DNA from: Phaeosaccion multiseriatum
Taxonomy: Eukaryota > Protista > Ochrophyta, other classes
NCBI GenBank assembly: GCA_965112735.1
Contig: OZ218954.1
Location: 806,001 to 870,000 of the forward strand
Length of the DNA: 64,000 nt
Direction: 5' to 3'
The position numbers and the translations under genes are program-made. Below the pieces are notes generated by a model. That model saw only the letters and a program-made list of their open reading frames with translations, was not told where the DNA came from and made no database searches. Of the stretch, positions 1 to 11,575 are shown in pieces. The number at the start of each line of letters is the position of its first letter. Within the stretch, counting starts at the first letter, position 1.

Positions 1-236
1 ACTGAAACTGGAACTGAATCGATCGACAGACGATCAACTGGACTCGGTCGGGCTCAGACAGACGCAGAAGCTTGCACCACCACCAACGGGTACCCCAACA
101 TGGGGGACCCAACATGGGGGGCTTGGCGTGTGCTGCCTTGGACAAGGTCCATTGGAAAAGGTCCAGCACCCATAACGTGAACCCTGGGGACTCAGTCATG
201 GACTGCGAGGGACCGTAGGGCCGTTGGTGGTACGGC

Positions 237-3200
237 TTATTTGTGCACTGGAAGTCGCACTTCGTTTATTGCCCTCGCCAACGAGGTTCGCAGGCCCACG
301 CCCTCTTCGAACTTCACCCCGTTATGGAGCATTGGGCTCCACCATCTCGCTGCGATAGATGGATACACGGATAGACAGGCAGAGGAAGTAGTAAGACAAG
401 TATTATACATACCACACATATACATGTCTGTGGCGAATCGCTGCCATAAGCTGCCATCGACCCTTATGACCCACCTGGCACCTTGCGTCCGTGCTCGTGA
501 AGCATGTCCGTTCCTTTGTTGATGAGGCCCGCGTCTCTTTCAAGGCCCGCTGTGTACGCCACGGTCGTGAGCATCACCTGCAACGGTTGGTGGTACAACA
601 GCAGTAGCAGCAGCAGTTGGTGATACAGATAAGCCGCGGCAGCTGACGACGCAGCAGACGCAGTAGCAGCAACAGTTGGTTATACAGGCGTGACAGTCTC
701 ACTTCCTCCCTTCACTGACCTCAAGATTGTGGTAGTTGGCAGCAAACCCCATGTCCCCCCTCCAGGCGTCGGGATGCATGACCCAGGGGGTCCAGAACTT
801 GTACAGCAGATCTGTGTGGAGCACGTAGCCATCGCCTGCGCGGTCCTTGCCGGCCACCTGTTCAGTTTCAGTTTCAGTTTCAGTTTCAGTTCATTTGAGC
901 TTGTCTAGACCTTGCACCCGCCAGTGATCGATGATTGCCAATCAAGAGGTCGGGAGGGTCATACCCCCTCCCTCCCTCTCCTTCCTCTCTCCCTCTCCTC
1001 CCTCCCTCCCTCCCTCCCTCTCTCTCTCTCCCTCCCTCCCTCCCCTCCCTCTCTCCCTCCTCTCCCTCCCTCTCTTTCCCTCCCTCCCTTCCTGCCTCCC
1101 CTATTGAACGCACTCTTACCATCTTGCCGAGAGGGCCCAGGAAGGCGTTAAAAGGCCCCAGGAGGGACTTGACTGACATGGAGAAGCCTGGCCAGAACAC
1201 GGGAACGGGGTCGAGCCGGAACGCGTCGCCTATGTGCTTGTAGCTCTGGCACAAGAAGTGAATAGAAGGAGGGAGGAGGACAGGCCAGGGAGAAGCGGGG
1301 GTGGTGTTGGTGGTGGTTAGGGTTAAGTTACTGGGGAGGAAAAAACAGGAGGAAGAGGAGGAGGAGGAGAAGAAGAAGGAGAGCATGGAGAAGGAGAAGG
1401 AGCGAGGGGGGCGACGAGCAGGAGATGTAGCAGCAGAAGCAGCAGCTGTAGTAGTAGTAGTAGTAGTAGTAATAGCTTAGAAGTACTAAAAGTAGGAATA
1501 GGAGCAGGAGTAGTCCACCCCCACTTACCGTAGCAACGACGTTTAAAGGGGTAGGCACAATGTCCCCTCTCTGGTAGTAATGCCTGCATCGAGGAGAGAA
1601 GCAGGAGGAGGAGGAGGAGGAGGAGGAGGAGGAGGAGGAGGAGGAGGAGGGAGGAAGAGCAGGAGGAGGAGGGGGAGGAGGAGGAGGAGGAGGAGGAGGA
1701 GGAGGAGGAGGAGGAGGAGGAGGAGGAGGAGGAGGAGGAGGAGGAGGCGGCAGAAGGGGGGTCAAGAGAGACCAAGATGGGGCCACAGTAGTAGTGCTAG
1801 AAGAGCAGCAGTAGCAGCAGTTGGTGATACAGTAGAAGTCACAGACAATGACTGACTACTGCGTAATCTTCTAGCCTGGTGCCGAGCTACTACCCTAGCA
1901 CGGCACCATCACACACTTTACTCTACTCTGCCCTTATTACTCTACCCTTGACGTACTCTACCCTGCCCCATCACATACCCTATCCTACTCTACACACCTG
2001 AAGTCGACATTCAAGTCACTGTGGGGTGGTCACGTGATGATGACGAAGGTGCAGGTCAGTAAGGACCACCAGCCAGAGAGCACATGAGAGCGAAGAGTCA
2101 AGGACACATGGAGGGGCGAGTGAGTGAGTGGGTGCGTGAATGAGTATTGTGTGGTTGGATGGGTGCTTGAGTGAGTGAGTGTGTGGGTGGGTGAGGGAGA
2201 GAGGATCAGCGGCGGGAGCATGTCAGGTGCACGGTCCGCCTGGCCGTCCAAGAGCGAAGGCTGGGAGAAGAGAGACAGAGAGAAGAGCAGCAGCGTAGGG
2301 AGAGAATAGAGTTCCCCCCCTCACCTCAACCTCACTTTACTTCGCTCCACTCCACTCCACTCCACGCAACTCCACGCCCCCACCCTCCCCTCCCCACTCC
2401 ACCATTTTTACCTGAAAGCTGTCCCCAGGGCTTTGCTCCCTACCGTTGGGCTGCAAAATACCCTCGCGCGCACCTTCACCAGTCCTCCATCCGAGGCCTT
2501 GGCCCACTCCTTCACCTCCTTCTTCGATCCATCCTCCGACGCCGCTTGGTACTCCTTGTGCTTGTTGACCTGCAGCACCACGTCAAGGGCGGCGACGGTG
2601 GCCAGTGCGGATCCAAGACTGTGTCCACTCATAGTGATGGTGTCTACCTGACCCACACCCTTGCCCTTCCCCCTCCTGTTCCCCTTGCTACCATCAACCT
2701 CCAGATACTCCTTGACAACACCCCTAACGCAGGCCATCAGCGAAGTATCTAATTCAAAGTCCTCCACCACCTTTTTGTTCTGTGCGGGATGAACGACTTC
2801 CTTTAGGCCCGGGACGGCTTCGGATACCTGTGTGTGTAAGTCAATGAACCACGGAGTGTTTGCCATCCATTGGAAAGAGAACGATGGAAGGAAGGAAGGA
2901 GGGCAGTTAGAGAGGAGACAGGTCCGCAATCAATCAATGAATGTAGTGTGGTCACAGAAAGCAGGCTAAGTGACAGGATGTTGCCGACTACAAGGGCATC
3001 TGCCACTGCGTACCTCAGCCAGGAGGCTGCCGATATCGCCTGCCAGTGAGGACTCGGAGTCCTCGCCCATGCTGGAAAACTTATCGTCGTCCCCATCACG
3101 TGAGTAGAGCCCCAAGAACCCCCTGTGAGTGAGTGAGTGAGGGAGAGAGTTAGAGGAGGAGGAGGAGGAGGAGGAGGAGGAGGAGGAGGAGCAGCAGCAG

Positions 3201-5892
3201 CAGCCGAAGGAGGAGGGGATTCGGGGGGAGGTGAAGAGCAGGAGAAGGAGCAGGAGGAGGTTCAGGAGGAGGTTCAGGAGGAGGTTCAGGAGAAGAAGAA
3301 GAAGAAGAAGAAGAAGAAGAAGAAGAAGAAGAAGAAGAAGAAGAAGAAGAAGAAGAAGAAGAAGAAGAAGAAGAAGAAGAAGAAGAAAGAGAGGGGGAGG
3401 AGGAGGAGGAGGAGGAGGAGGAGGAGGAGGAGCCCTCACTCCCTCACAGCCTCCCTCCGTGCGTCTTGGTCTTCCCGTATGCTTCCCGTATGTACCTACC
3501 TGTGGATGCCAATGTTGTAACACTCCTTGCCCTTGTGCTCTGTCTTGGTCGGCAGGAGGGGCATGAGGAAGAGCCAGCGCATCCAGGACACCCACTTCTG
3601 CTCCCTCTCCTTGCGCTTGTGCCAGAGGACCTGTTTTGCGATCCACCCGGCACACATCAGACAGACAGACAGACAGATAGACAGACAGACAGAGCACAGC
3701 GTGCGTTAGTATGCATCAGCACACAGATACTACCGCCAAAAAAAAGGCGGCGTCCCAAGAGGCGGAGATAGAGGCATATGGGGGAGGGGGGGGGGGGGGA
3801 TTAGAGGCGTATGGGCTTACTCACCATGCCGGCCTTGGCGTCTTCTTGCCACTCCAGCGCGGTGAGCGTGCCTCTGAAGATGATGCTCAGGTCTCTTTTG
3901 CTCTCCGAGTAGCCCACAAAGCCGGCGAAGGTGGACTGTTCGTCGTCGGGATCGTCCGCATCGGCCAGCAGCGCAGTCGCGGTGGAGTAGAGCAGTTTGA
4001 CAACGACGAAGTCCTTAGGGAGGCTCTTGATATTTGCCTGGGGTTATGGATGGGGGGCGGAGGGGGAGGGGAGGGGCAGGGGGGGAGGGCGGGAAGAAGG
4101 GAGGGAGGGAGGGAAGAAGGGAGGGAGGGAGACACGGTGGGTGAGAGAGAGTCATGGGTGGAGGGAGAGAGAGGCAGACATGGAGGCCGGCCGGGAGAGA
4201 GAGAGGTGGGAGGAGTGTGTTCGGTTGCGCGAGAGGAAAGCAAGGCCAGGTAGTGCCATGTATGGGTGTTGGTCCTATTCATACACACACGCCTGTCGTC
4301 TTCCTTCTGTTCCTGTTTCCCCTTACTCCCCCCTCCGTACCTTGATGAACATCGTGAGCAGGTCCCTGATGCAAGGGCCCTCGTGCTCATGTTTCCCGTC
4401 ACCAAGGATACAGCACCCGTAGTTTCTGTTTGTCGCGAGCGGTGCAATGCACAAGGGGGAGGAGGAGGAGGGAGTGGAGGAGGAGGAGGAGGAGGAGGAG
4501 GAGGAGGAGGAGGAGGAGGAGGAGGAGGAGGAGGAGGGGGAGGAGGAGGAGGAGGAGGAGGAGGAGGAGGAGGAGGAGGAGGAGGAGGAGGAGGAGGAGG
4601 AGCAGGAGGAGGAGGACGGGGAGGACGGGGAGGGGGAAGAGAGAGAAGGACGACTCGTGAGAGAAGAAGCCGCCACACGAGGCATCACAGAGATGGAGCG
4701 AGAGGAGGTAGACAGGCATACGGGCAGGCAGGCAGGAACACAGACAAGCCTGTCTCTCCCTCTCGCTCTCTCTCGCCCCCCCTCCTCTCTTCCCTCCCTC
4801 TCTCTCTCCCTTCCCCTCTTGTCCTCCTACTCACTTGTTGGTCGGGTCAGTAACGAAGAGATCGTACACGGCTTGCACCATTTCTCCATACATGACGTCT
4901 TCCCTTATACCATCCGCACCCGTCTTTAGGCCTAGCAAGCGTGCCTTGACCTTCTTCGCCTGGTGTGGCCACGTCATTCGCATACGGAGGTACACTCTGA
5001 AGAGAGGGAGGGAGGGAGGGAGGGAGAAAGGGGAGGGTGAGAGAGGGAGAGCGTGAGAGGGAGGGAGAGACGCACAGAGCGAGAGAGAGGGCAAGCAAAG
5101 CCCCCCCCACCCCCACTGCTCCTTACCTACCACACTCTACCTCCTCCCACTCCTTCCTTCCTTCCTTCCCAGCGGTTACGGGCCACTATTCCTCCTCCTC
5201 CTGCTCCTCCTCCTCAGCTCAGCTCCTCTACAGGAGTCCGTCACTCTGGCAACCCCTCAACGCCCCTCAGAAGTGAATAAGCCCCCTCCCCGCCCGCACT
5301 CACTCGATATACTTGTAGCTGGCGAAGACGCCCAGCACCACCAAGGTACCCACAATGGCCTGCTTGGCTCGTCCCTCGGGGAGCTTGTCCACGACTCCAA
5401 AGAACGATTTCACCGCGCCGTACACTGGACCAAGGAGCGTGTCTTTCAAGCCATCTGCAAAGTCTCCCAGGCCCATGTCGCTGCGTAGGTAGGACGAGAG
5501 CAACGGACGAACAGAGGAAGAAGACGTACTCAGCAAGAGGGTGGAGAGAAGGGGAGGCAGGGGTAGGCGAAGGCCGGGGTGGATTCTTCCCTTGTCCCTT
5601 GTCTCCTTTCAGCGCATATCGCTACCACCTCTTTGCCCAGCCCCAGCAGATAGCATCCGAGGGGTTTGCTCCCTTTGTCGCCTGACCTCGGTTGGCTTAC
5701 TAGTAAATCCTTCCCTTAGAAAGGTCACGGAACATCGTCGTCGACAAAGCTTTTCATTTCATATCCGCACCTGAGGTCTTGTGTACCTGAATCGAAGAAG
5801 GCCGCAGTGCCAGCTGGGGCATTGGGCAGCAGCACACAGAGCAAGAGGACGGCTTTGCTCACGCGCCAACCACCACGCAGCCGCGCAAGCAT
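237..5892 (-). CDS. Class-3 lipase, plant phospholipase A1 (DAD1/PLA1)-like, paralog A; multi-exon
   Basis: The spliced protein has YGEMVQAVYDLF..D...NYGCC, IFRGTLTALEW, IHRGFLGLYS, the nucleophile elbow ITMSGHSLGSALAT (~2610-2640), GDIVP (Asp, ~1560), YKHIG, YHNLE (His, ~725) and RDAGLINK. This is the motif order of plant PLA1-I/II. ATG at 5892 with a signal peptide (VLLLCVLLPNAPAGTAAFF); stop at 237-239; GT-AG introns between exons. Confidence 0.88.
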
Positions 5893-6109
5893 CCTGAAAG
5901 AAGGGGACTGATATGTGTGTGCCCAGCACGCAAGGTTAAAACCAGGGGGGAGCGAAAATGAAAATTTTCTCCCCCCCGAAAGTCCGCCACTTGAATGTGT
6001 GTGTGCGACTCGTCGGAAGCGGATCGGGAAGTTCGATGTTCCGTGAGGTGATCCTGCAACTTCACGCCAGTTACATGTAGTGATAAGAGGCTCACGTGTG
6101 TGTGTGTGA

Positions 6110-6220
<111 letters not shown>

Positions 6221-6459
6221 GATGTGTGTGTGTGTGTGTGTGTTGATGTGTGTGTGTGTGTGGGTGTGAGGCTGCCGCAAGTTCTTGGCAATTGCGGACA
6301 AAAGGTGTTTATGTGAAGTGCATGATGAATAGGAAGAGTTGACCCCTGCTGTGACGTGCTACCGAAATCCGGGCAGCATACAACTGGCGAAGTGTGGTGT
6401 GTTGGCAGTTGGAGCTGCCAAGCCCCCATCCACTGCCGCCTCTCCCGCCACCTCTACCG

Positions 6460-7095
6460 CCTCCCTTCCTTCCCTCCCTCCCTCGCCCCCTCCCTCCCTC
6501 CCTCCCTCCCTCCCTCCCTCCTTCCCTCCCCTACCCCCCTCCCTCCATCCCTCCCTCCCTCGCCCCCTCCCTCCCTCCCGCCCTCCCTCCATCCCTCCCT
6601 ACCCTCCCTCCCTCCCTCCCTCCCTCCCTCCCTCCCTCCCTCCCTCCCTCCCTCCCTCCCTCCCTCCCTCCCTCCCCTCCCTCCCCTCCCTCCCTCCCTC
6701 TCTGCCTCCCTCCCAAGCCTCAAAATATCCTCCCCCGCATGATGAGGAAGGAAGGAGGGAGGGAGGGAGGGAGGGAGGGAGGAGGGAGGGAGGGAGGGAG
6801 GGAGGGAGGGAGGGAGGGAGGGAGGGAGGGAGGGAGGGAGGGAGGGAGGGAGGGAGGGAGGGAGGGAGGGAGGGAGGGAGGGAGGGAGGGAGGGAGGGAG
6901 GGAGGGAGGGAGGGAGGGAGGGAGGGAGGGAGGGAGGGAGGGAGGGAGGGAGGGAGGGAGGAAGGGAGGGAGGAAGGGAGGGAGGGAGGGTGGGAGGGAT
7001 GGAGGGAGGGATGGAGGGAGGGGGGTAGGGGAGGGAAGGAGGGAGGGAGGGAGGGAGGGAGGGAGGGAGGGAGGGAGGGAGAGGGGTAGGGGAAG
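6460..7095. repeat. (CCCT)n tract followed by its reverse complement (AGGG)n; fold-back inverted repeat
   Basis: A pyrimidine arm at ~6460-6715 and a purine arm at ~6745-7095. The irregularity ccttccctcccctacccccctccctccatccctcc (~6520) recurs reverse-complemented at ~7005-7040. Confidence 0.8.
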
Positions 7096-7271
7096 GAGGG
7101 ATGTGGCAGTGGAGTGATGGCACTGGATGGGGATCTCCGAAGGGTCCGCCCCGCCAAGCGCATGGATAGACGTACGGCACTCACGTCAGCCTCGCGAGCG
7201 GCGTGGTCCTAGTCCGCTACCTCGTCGTTCTCGCAGTAGGCGCTCTCCTCATTCCCACCATCATCTTCCGT

Positions 7272-7380
<109 letters not shown>

Positions 7381-7760
7381 CCCTCCTCCTCCTCCTCCTC
7401 CTCCTCCTCCTCCTCCTCCTCCTCCCTTCCGCCCCCCGCCCTTCTTTGCCCCCCCCGCAGACTTCTCGGGCTCCGGGCTTCTGGGCCATAGCCCCCTCCA
7501 GGCTTCGGGCTTCTGGCCGCAGGCCAGCGCGGGTTTCTGCGCCGCAGGTTAGCGGTCTGGGCTTCAGGCTTCTCAGGGGGGCTCAGGAGGGCGGGGGGGG
7601 GGAGAGATATCAGCCCTGGGCTTCTTGCTTTCGGCCGCAGGCCGCCTCAGGCTTCTGCTTATCGGGGGGCCAGAGAAGTCCTGCGGGGAGCCGACCTTCT
7701 CCTCTTTCCTCTCTTCCTCCACCACCTCTCTTCCCCTTCGCCCTGTTTCTCTCTCACGCA

Positions 7761-7812
<52 letters not shown>

Positions 7813-7837
7813 GGACACACACACACACACACACATC

Positions 7838-7891
<54 letters not shown>

Positions 7892-8851
7892 CACACATAC
7901 ACACACACCCCACAAAGCACACACACAAAGGACACACAGGCAGGCACGTCCGCACACAGCAAGCAAGCGCAAGAAGTTGCGCGTAACGCATGCCATGGAC
8001 GAGGCCGTCATCGGAGTGGAGGTGCTCATGTGTCGTGTCGGCGGGGCTGGTAGGGGCGGTGGCCAGGCCAAAGGGGCAACAGGCAGGGCATCCACAACAA
8101 TGACGCCAAGTAGGCCTACATCGCAGGAGAAGGGTGAGCGTCGGCAGGAGAAGCAGCTGTGGAGGCAGTAGTAGTAGCACTAGTAGTGGTAGAAGTATAG
8201 TAGTAGTAGCACACACACGCGCACGCATACACGCCCCTACGAACGCACGCACGCACACACGCACACACACCGGTACAAACACACGCGCACGCACACGCAC
8301 ACGCACACACACGCACACGCACACACACACGCACACACACAAACACAAACACGTACACACACACGAACACACTTACAATCATAACAGGATTGCTGGAACA
8401 GCCAACCCTGCTCCGCTCCGCTCTGCTGTGCTGCCCTTCCACCCCACACATCCACTGCCATTCAACCCGCAAGATGATGCTGCCCCAGGGGGAAACCCGA
8501 GACTCCCCCCATTGCAATTGTAGTACTCAAATTAATAAGAATAAACGAACGCACTGGTAGGACGCTCCGTGGTGTCTTGCTTCCAACACGACGGCTCAAT
8601 CTACTTTTCTCGTAGCCTACTGGTGTATGAATATGAAAGGGAGCGAAGCAAAGCAACACCCCACAACCCCATTAAAAGAAGAAAAACAACCCAACTCAGC
8701 CAGGAAAGAAGCAAGCAAGGGATGCCACCCCATTCCAGGCAACAACACTATCACACTACAGTACAGGCCCCGCCAGCCACTCGCCGCGGAGCAGAGGCAA
8801 CCAAGGAAAGAAAAGACCGGCTTCCCCCTTCTTCACCCTCGTCCATGCATG

Positions 8852-11575
8852 TTAAATGTTGATGCTCGCGGCCACCTTGCTGGGCAGCAGGACCTCGTAC
8901 GGAATGGTGACGCCCTCGTTCCGCTTGTTGATGATGAGCTCCACCGCGTCCAAGTTGCGTTTCAAGTTGTTGTACACCGTGGGGTACTGCGAACGGAACT
9001 CCACCCACTCAATCGGATTGTTCGAGTTGGGGATGCGCTCCCCAATCTGGTCCAAGGTGGGGTTCTCAGGCGAGGCCAAGAGCCAAGACACCAGTCCCTG
9101 GAAGATGGCGAGTCCAAAACCTCGCGGATCGGTGCCACCGGGCACAGCAGCGAGGATATCAGCCGTGGTGATGTCTTCCTCGCCGTCGGGAACGCCCCCG
9201 AAGATGGAAGCAGGGCGGTTGATTGGAGTCGACGTGTACGGGTATTGCACATAGTTGAGGGCCGAGTGCTGAGCAGAGGCTGTCCACACGATGGTGGTGA
9301 GCACCTTGACGAGCACTTCCTTCTCCACAATACTCTCCGGAAAGCCCGAAATGTCCGCCTTGGTACACGCCTCGGTGCACCACTCTTGAATAATCTTGTC
9401 TGCCTTCACGTCGGCGTCGGACTCGTAGAGCTCATCAACCATGTCCGAGCAGTAGCTCCACAAGGTATCCCAAATGAGGTATCCGTCATCACGATAGCGG
9501 TACCCGTTAAACTCGTCACTGCGCCCAAAGCCGCGCTTCGCCAGCTCGTCAGGCAGCCCCGATGTCATGAAATCGTAGTCGACAAAGGCCTCCTGGACCA
9601 TTTGCACCCCCTGAGCGGTGCCGGTGGCAAAGGTTTGATCCGTAATGGCGCCTTCATCCGCCACGAGAGTTTGACGCGCCAGGTAGTTGATGCCGATGTT
9701 GTCGCGAAAGTGAGGCTTGAGGAAGCCCCCGAGGGGGTGCTTGTTCTTCTCCAGCACGTTGTGGCACGCAACAGCCATCGGCTCGACGGCCAAGTGCGTA
9801 AAGCCCAGATGGTTGGTGAACTGATGGACTTGATTGTCGGCACAGTTGACATGTAGCTTGGCGAAGAGGTACTTGTTGGGTGGGCTCGAGTCCGGCGCGT
9901 ACACAGGCGCATCCTCCCTCTCCGGCTCCAAGAGAATCCCCAGGACGGAGAGCTCCTCGGCACCAGTGCGGTAGATCAACATGGTTGGAGCATAGAGTGT
10001 GACGCCGTTGATGCTCCGATCCAAATGGCGGAGAGCCTTGTAGTCCAAGACGTAGAGACGCTTCTCCTCCACGAGCTTGTCCACATCCGAGCCATCCTTC
10101 GCCTTGAGCGCGAGGAGCTTGGCGGGAAGACTGGCCTTGTCCTCGCTCTCTACCACTCGGACATGGATGGGATTGAGGCCAGCAAAGATTTGGCGGAGGA
10201 ACTCCTCGTCTTGGGCCCAAAGGTTGTCGTACAGAATGCTCGGTTTCGGAATGTATCCTCCTTTGCCTTTCTCTGAGAAGTAGGCGGCATAGCGCTCGTA
10301 GGTGTTGGCCACCGGGATGAGCCGACGTTGCAGATCGAACTGCGACTCAATGTACTCGAAGATAGCGTTGAAGATAAGCCCAACCTTGTGAGGAGGAAGC
10401 ACCTCCGAGCGGGGCAGACCCTTGACGTTGGCGGGCAGGCCTGCCTTGCGAGAGTACTCCCAAACGGGCAGCTCCGGTGCCGAGGCGAACTTGAGGATGT
10501 CAAACGCACGACCCTTAAGGAGATTGACGGCTCCCTCCAGCTTTTTGAGCGACTGCACCTCCTGCTGGGCCTTGGACAGTGGCAAGACGTCACCTGTTCG
10601 CAAGGTCATCTCCAGGTCCACAGTCACTGTAGCGCCCACCTTGCTGCCTTCGAGGTCCAGTGTCATGGTGACGGGCTCGCCGCTGGTGAGGCCCTCCTTC
10701 TGAAGGTCTACAAGGGCGTTGCCGAGCCACCTGTCGATGCCCATCTCACGCTCGAACACTGTGATGCGGACCTTGCTCTCCTCCTTCAGCAAGTCGAAGC
10801 AAGCGGGCGCGGCGCGAAAGGAAGGAGAGCTTCCAAACTCCTTGGACTTGACGGTTACCGGCGGCGCTCCGTCCACGGCAATGTTGGCGTAGGATGTAAC
10901 CAAGAGGTTGGACGAGAGATTCTCCCCACTGACCACCGTCACGTCCAGCGTGCCCAGGGAAGGATTGATCGCACTCTGTAAGTGATCAATCCCGTCCTGG
11001 TAGCCTTTCGCTTGGGAGCCAACAAGCATGTTGACGGCGGAGGATTGGGTCCAGGAGCGCCACAAAACGTTTGTTGAGTCACCGTTGGCAGTGAGAGAAA
11101 CCACAGTCTGGATAGCCTCAATGGGGAGAGGAAGGCCTTCCAGCGAGACGAGGTCGTAGCGCAGCACATGATTGCTGGGGTCACGGGCCACCAACACTTC
11201 CTTGGTGGTCACGCCGGCGCGGTCCTTGAAGCCGAAAGTGCGGGTGTCGCCAATGTCGTTGCCGGTAGACTCATAGTCGGTGTAGATGGGCCACCAGTCG
11301 TTTAGTCCCTCGAAGTTGGAGAGGAGTCCCCACACCTTGTCGATGGGTGCATCGACCGTCCCAGTAGCAATGGCGGTGGCGGTACCATCGGGAATGGTTT
11401 CTGCTGCTGGTGCTAGTGTTGGTGGTGCTGGTGGTGTTGAGCTTCGCGCGGATGCCAGCGAGGATGCCCGCGCAATCGACTGGCGACCGACAGGGGAGTG
11501 GGCGAAGGGCGCGATGGGCGCGAACCCATCAGCAGTCGCGGCCGCGATGGCCAAGACCACCAGCTGCAGCCTCAT
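8852..11575 (-). CDS. LOX: Lipoxygenase with N-terminal SRPBCC (START/Bet v1/polyketide-cyclase-like) and C2 domains; predicted plastid-targeted; single coding exon, 907 aa
   Basis: Iron-ligand motifs HQFTNHLGFTHLAVEP, HPLGGFLKPHF and SAQHSALNYVQY, plus C-terminal SINI. Also WAQDEEFLRQIFAGLNP and YRYRDDGYLIW. The N-terminus MRLQLVVLAIAAATADG-FAP fits an ASAFAP presequence. SRPBCC-like segment ~11385-10965 (VDAPIDKVWGLL..F..L..WWP...G.IGDTR); C2-like segment ~10958-10607 (GTLDVTVVSGENL...VRITVFE....DRWLG). Confidence 0.95.
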   Translation of the reverse strand: MRLQLVVLAIAAATADGFAPIAPFAHSPVGRQSIARASSLASARSSTPPAPPTLAPAAETIPDGTATAIATGTVDAPIDKVWGLLSNFEGLNDWWPIYTDYESTGNDIGDTRTFGFKDRAGVTTKEVLVARDPSNHVLRYDLVSLEGLPLPIEAIQTVVSLTANGDSTNVLWRSWTQSSAVNMLVGSQAKGYQDGIDHLQSAINPSLGTLDVTVVSGENLSSNLLVTSYANIAVDGAPPVTVKSKEFGSSPSFRAAPACFDLLKEESKVRITVFEREMGIDRWLGNALVDLQKEGLTSGEPVTMTLDLEGSKVGATVTVDLEMTLRTGDVLPLSKAQQEVQSLKKLEGAVNLLKGRAFDILKFASAPELPVWEYSRKAGLPANVKGLPRSEVLPPHKVGLIFNAIFEYIESQFDLQRRLIPVANTYERYAAYFSEKGKGGYIPKPSILYDNLWAQDEEFLRQIFAGLNPIHVRVVESEDKASLPAKLLALKAKDGSDVDKLVEEKRLYVLDYKALRHLDRSINGVTLYAPTMLIYRTGAEELSVLGILLEPEREDAPVYAPDSSPPNKYLFAKLHVNCADNQVHQFTNHLGFTHLAVEPMAVACHNVLEKNKHPLGGFLKPHFRDNIGINYLARQTLVADEGAITDQTFATGTAQGVQMVQEAFVDYDFMTSGLPDELAKRGFGRSDEFNGYRYRDDGYLIWDTLWSYCSDMVDELYESDADVKADKIIQEWCTEACTKADISGFPESIVEKEVLVKVLTTIVWTASAQHSALNYVQYPYTSTPINRPASIFGGVPDGEEDITTADILAAVPGGTDPRGFGLAIFQGLVSWLLASPENPTLDQIGERIPNSNNPIEWVEFRSQYPTVYNNLKRNLDAVELIINKRNEGVTIPYEVLLPSKVAASINI

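Noticed and set aside
8627-9856. 409-aa plus-strand ORF
   Set aside because: It is the antisense shadow of the GC3-rich LOX CDS and has no motifs of its own.
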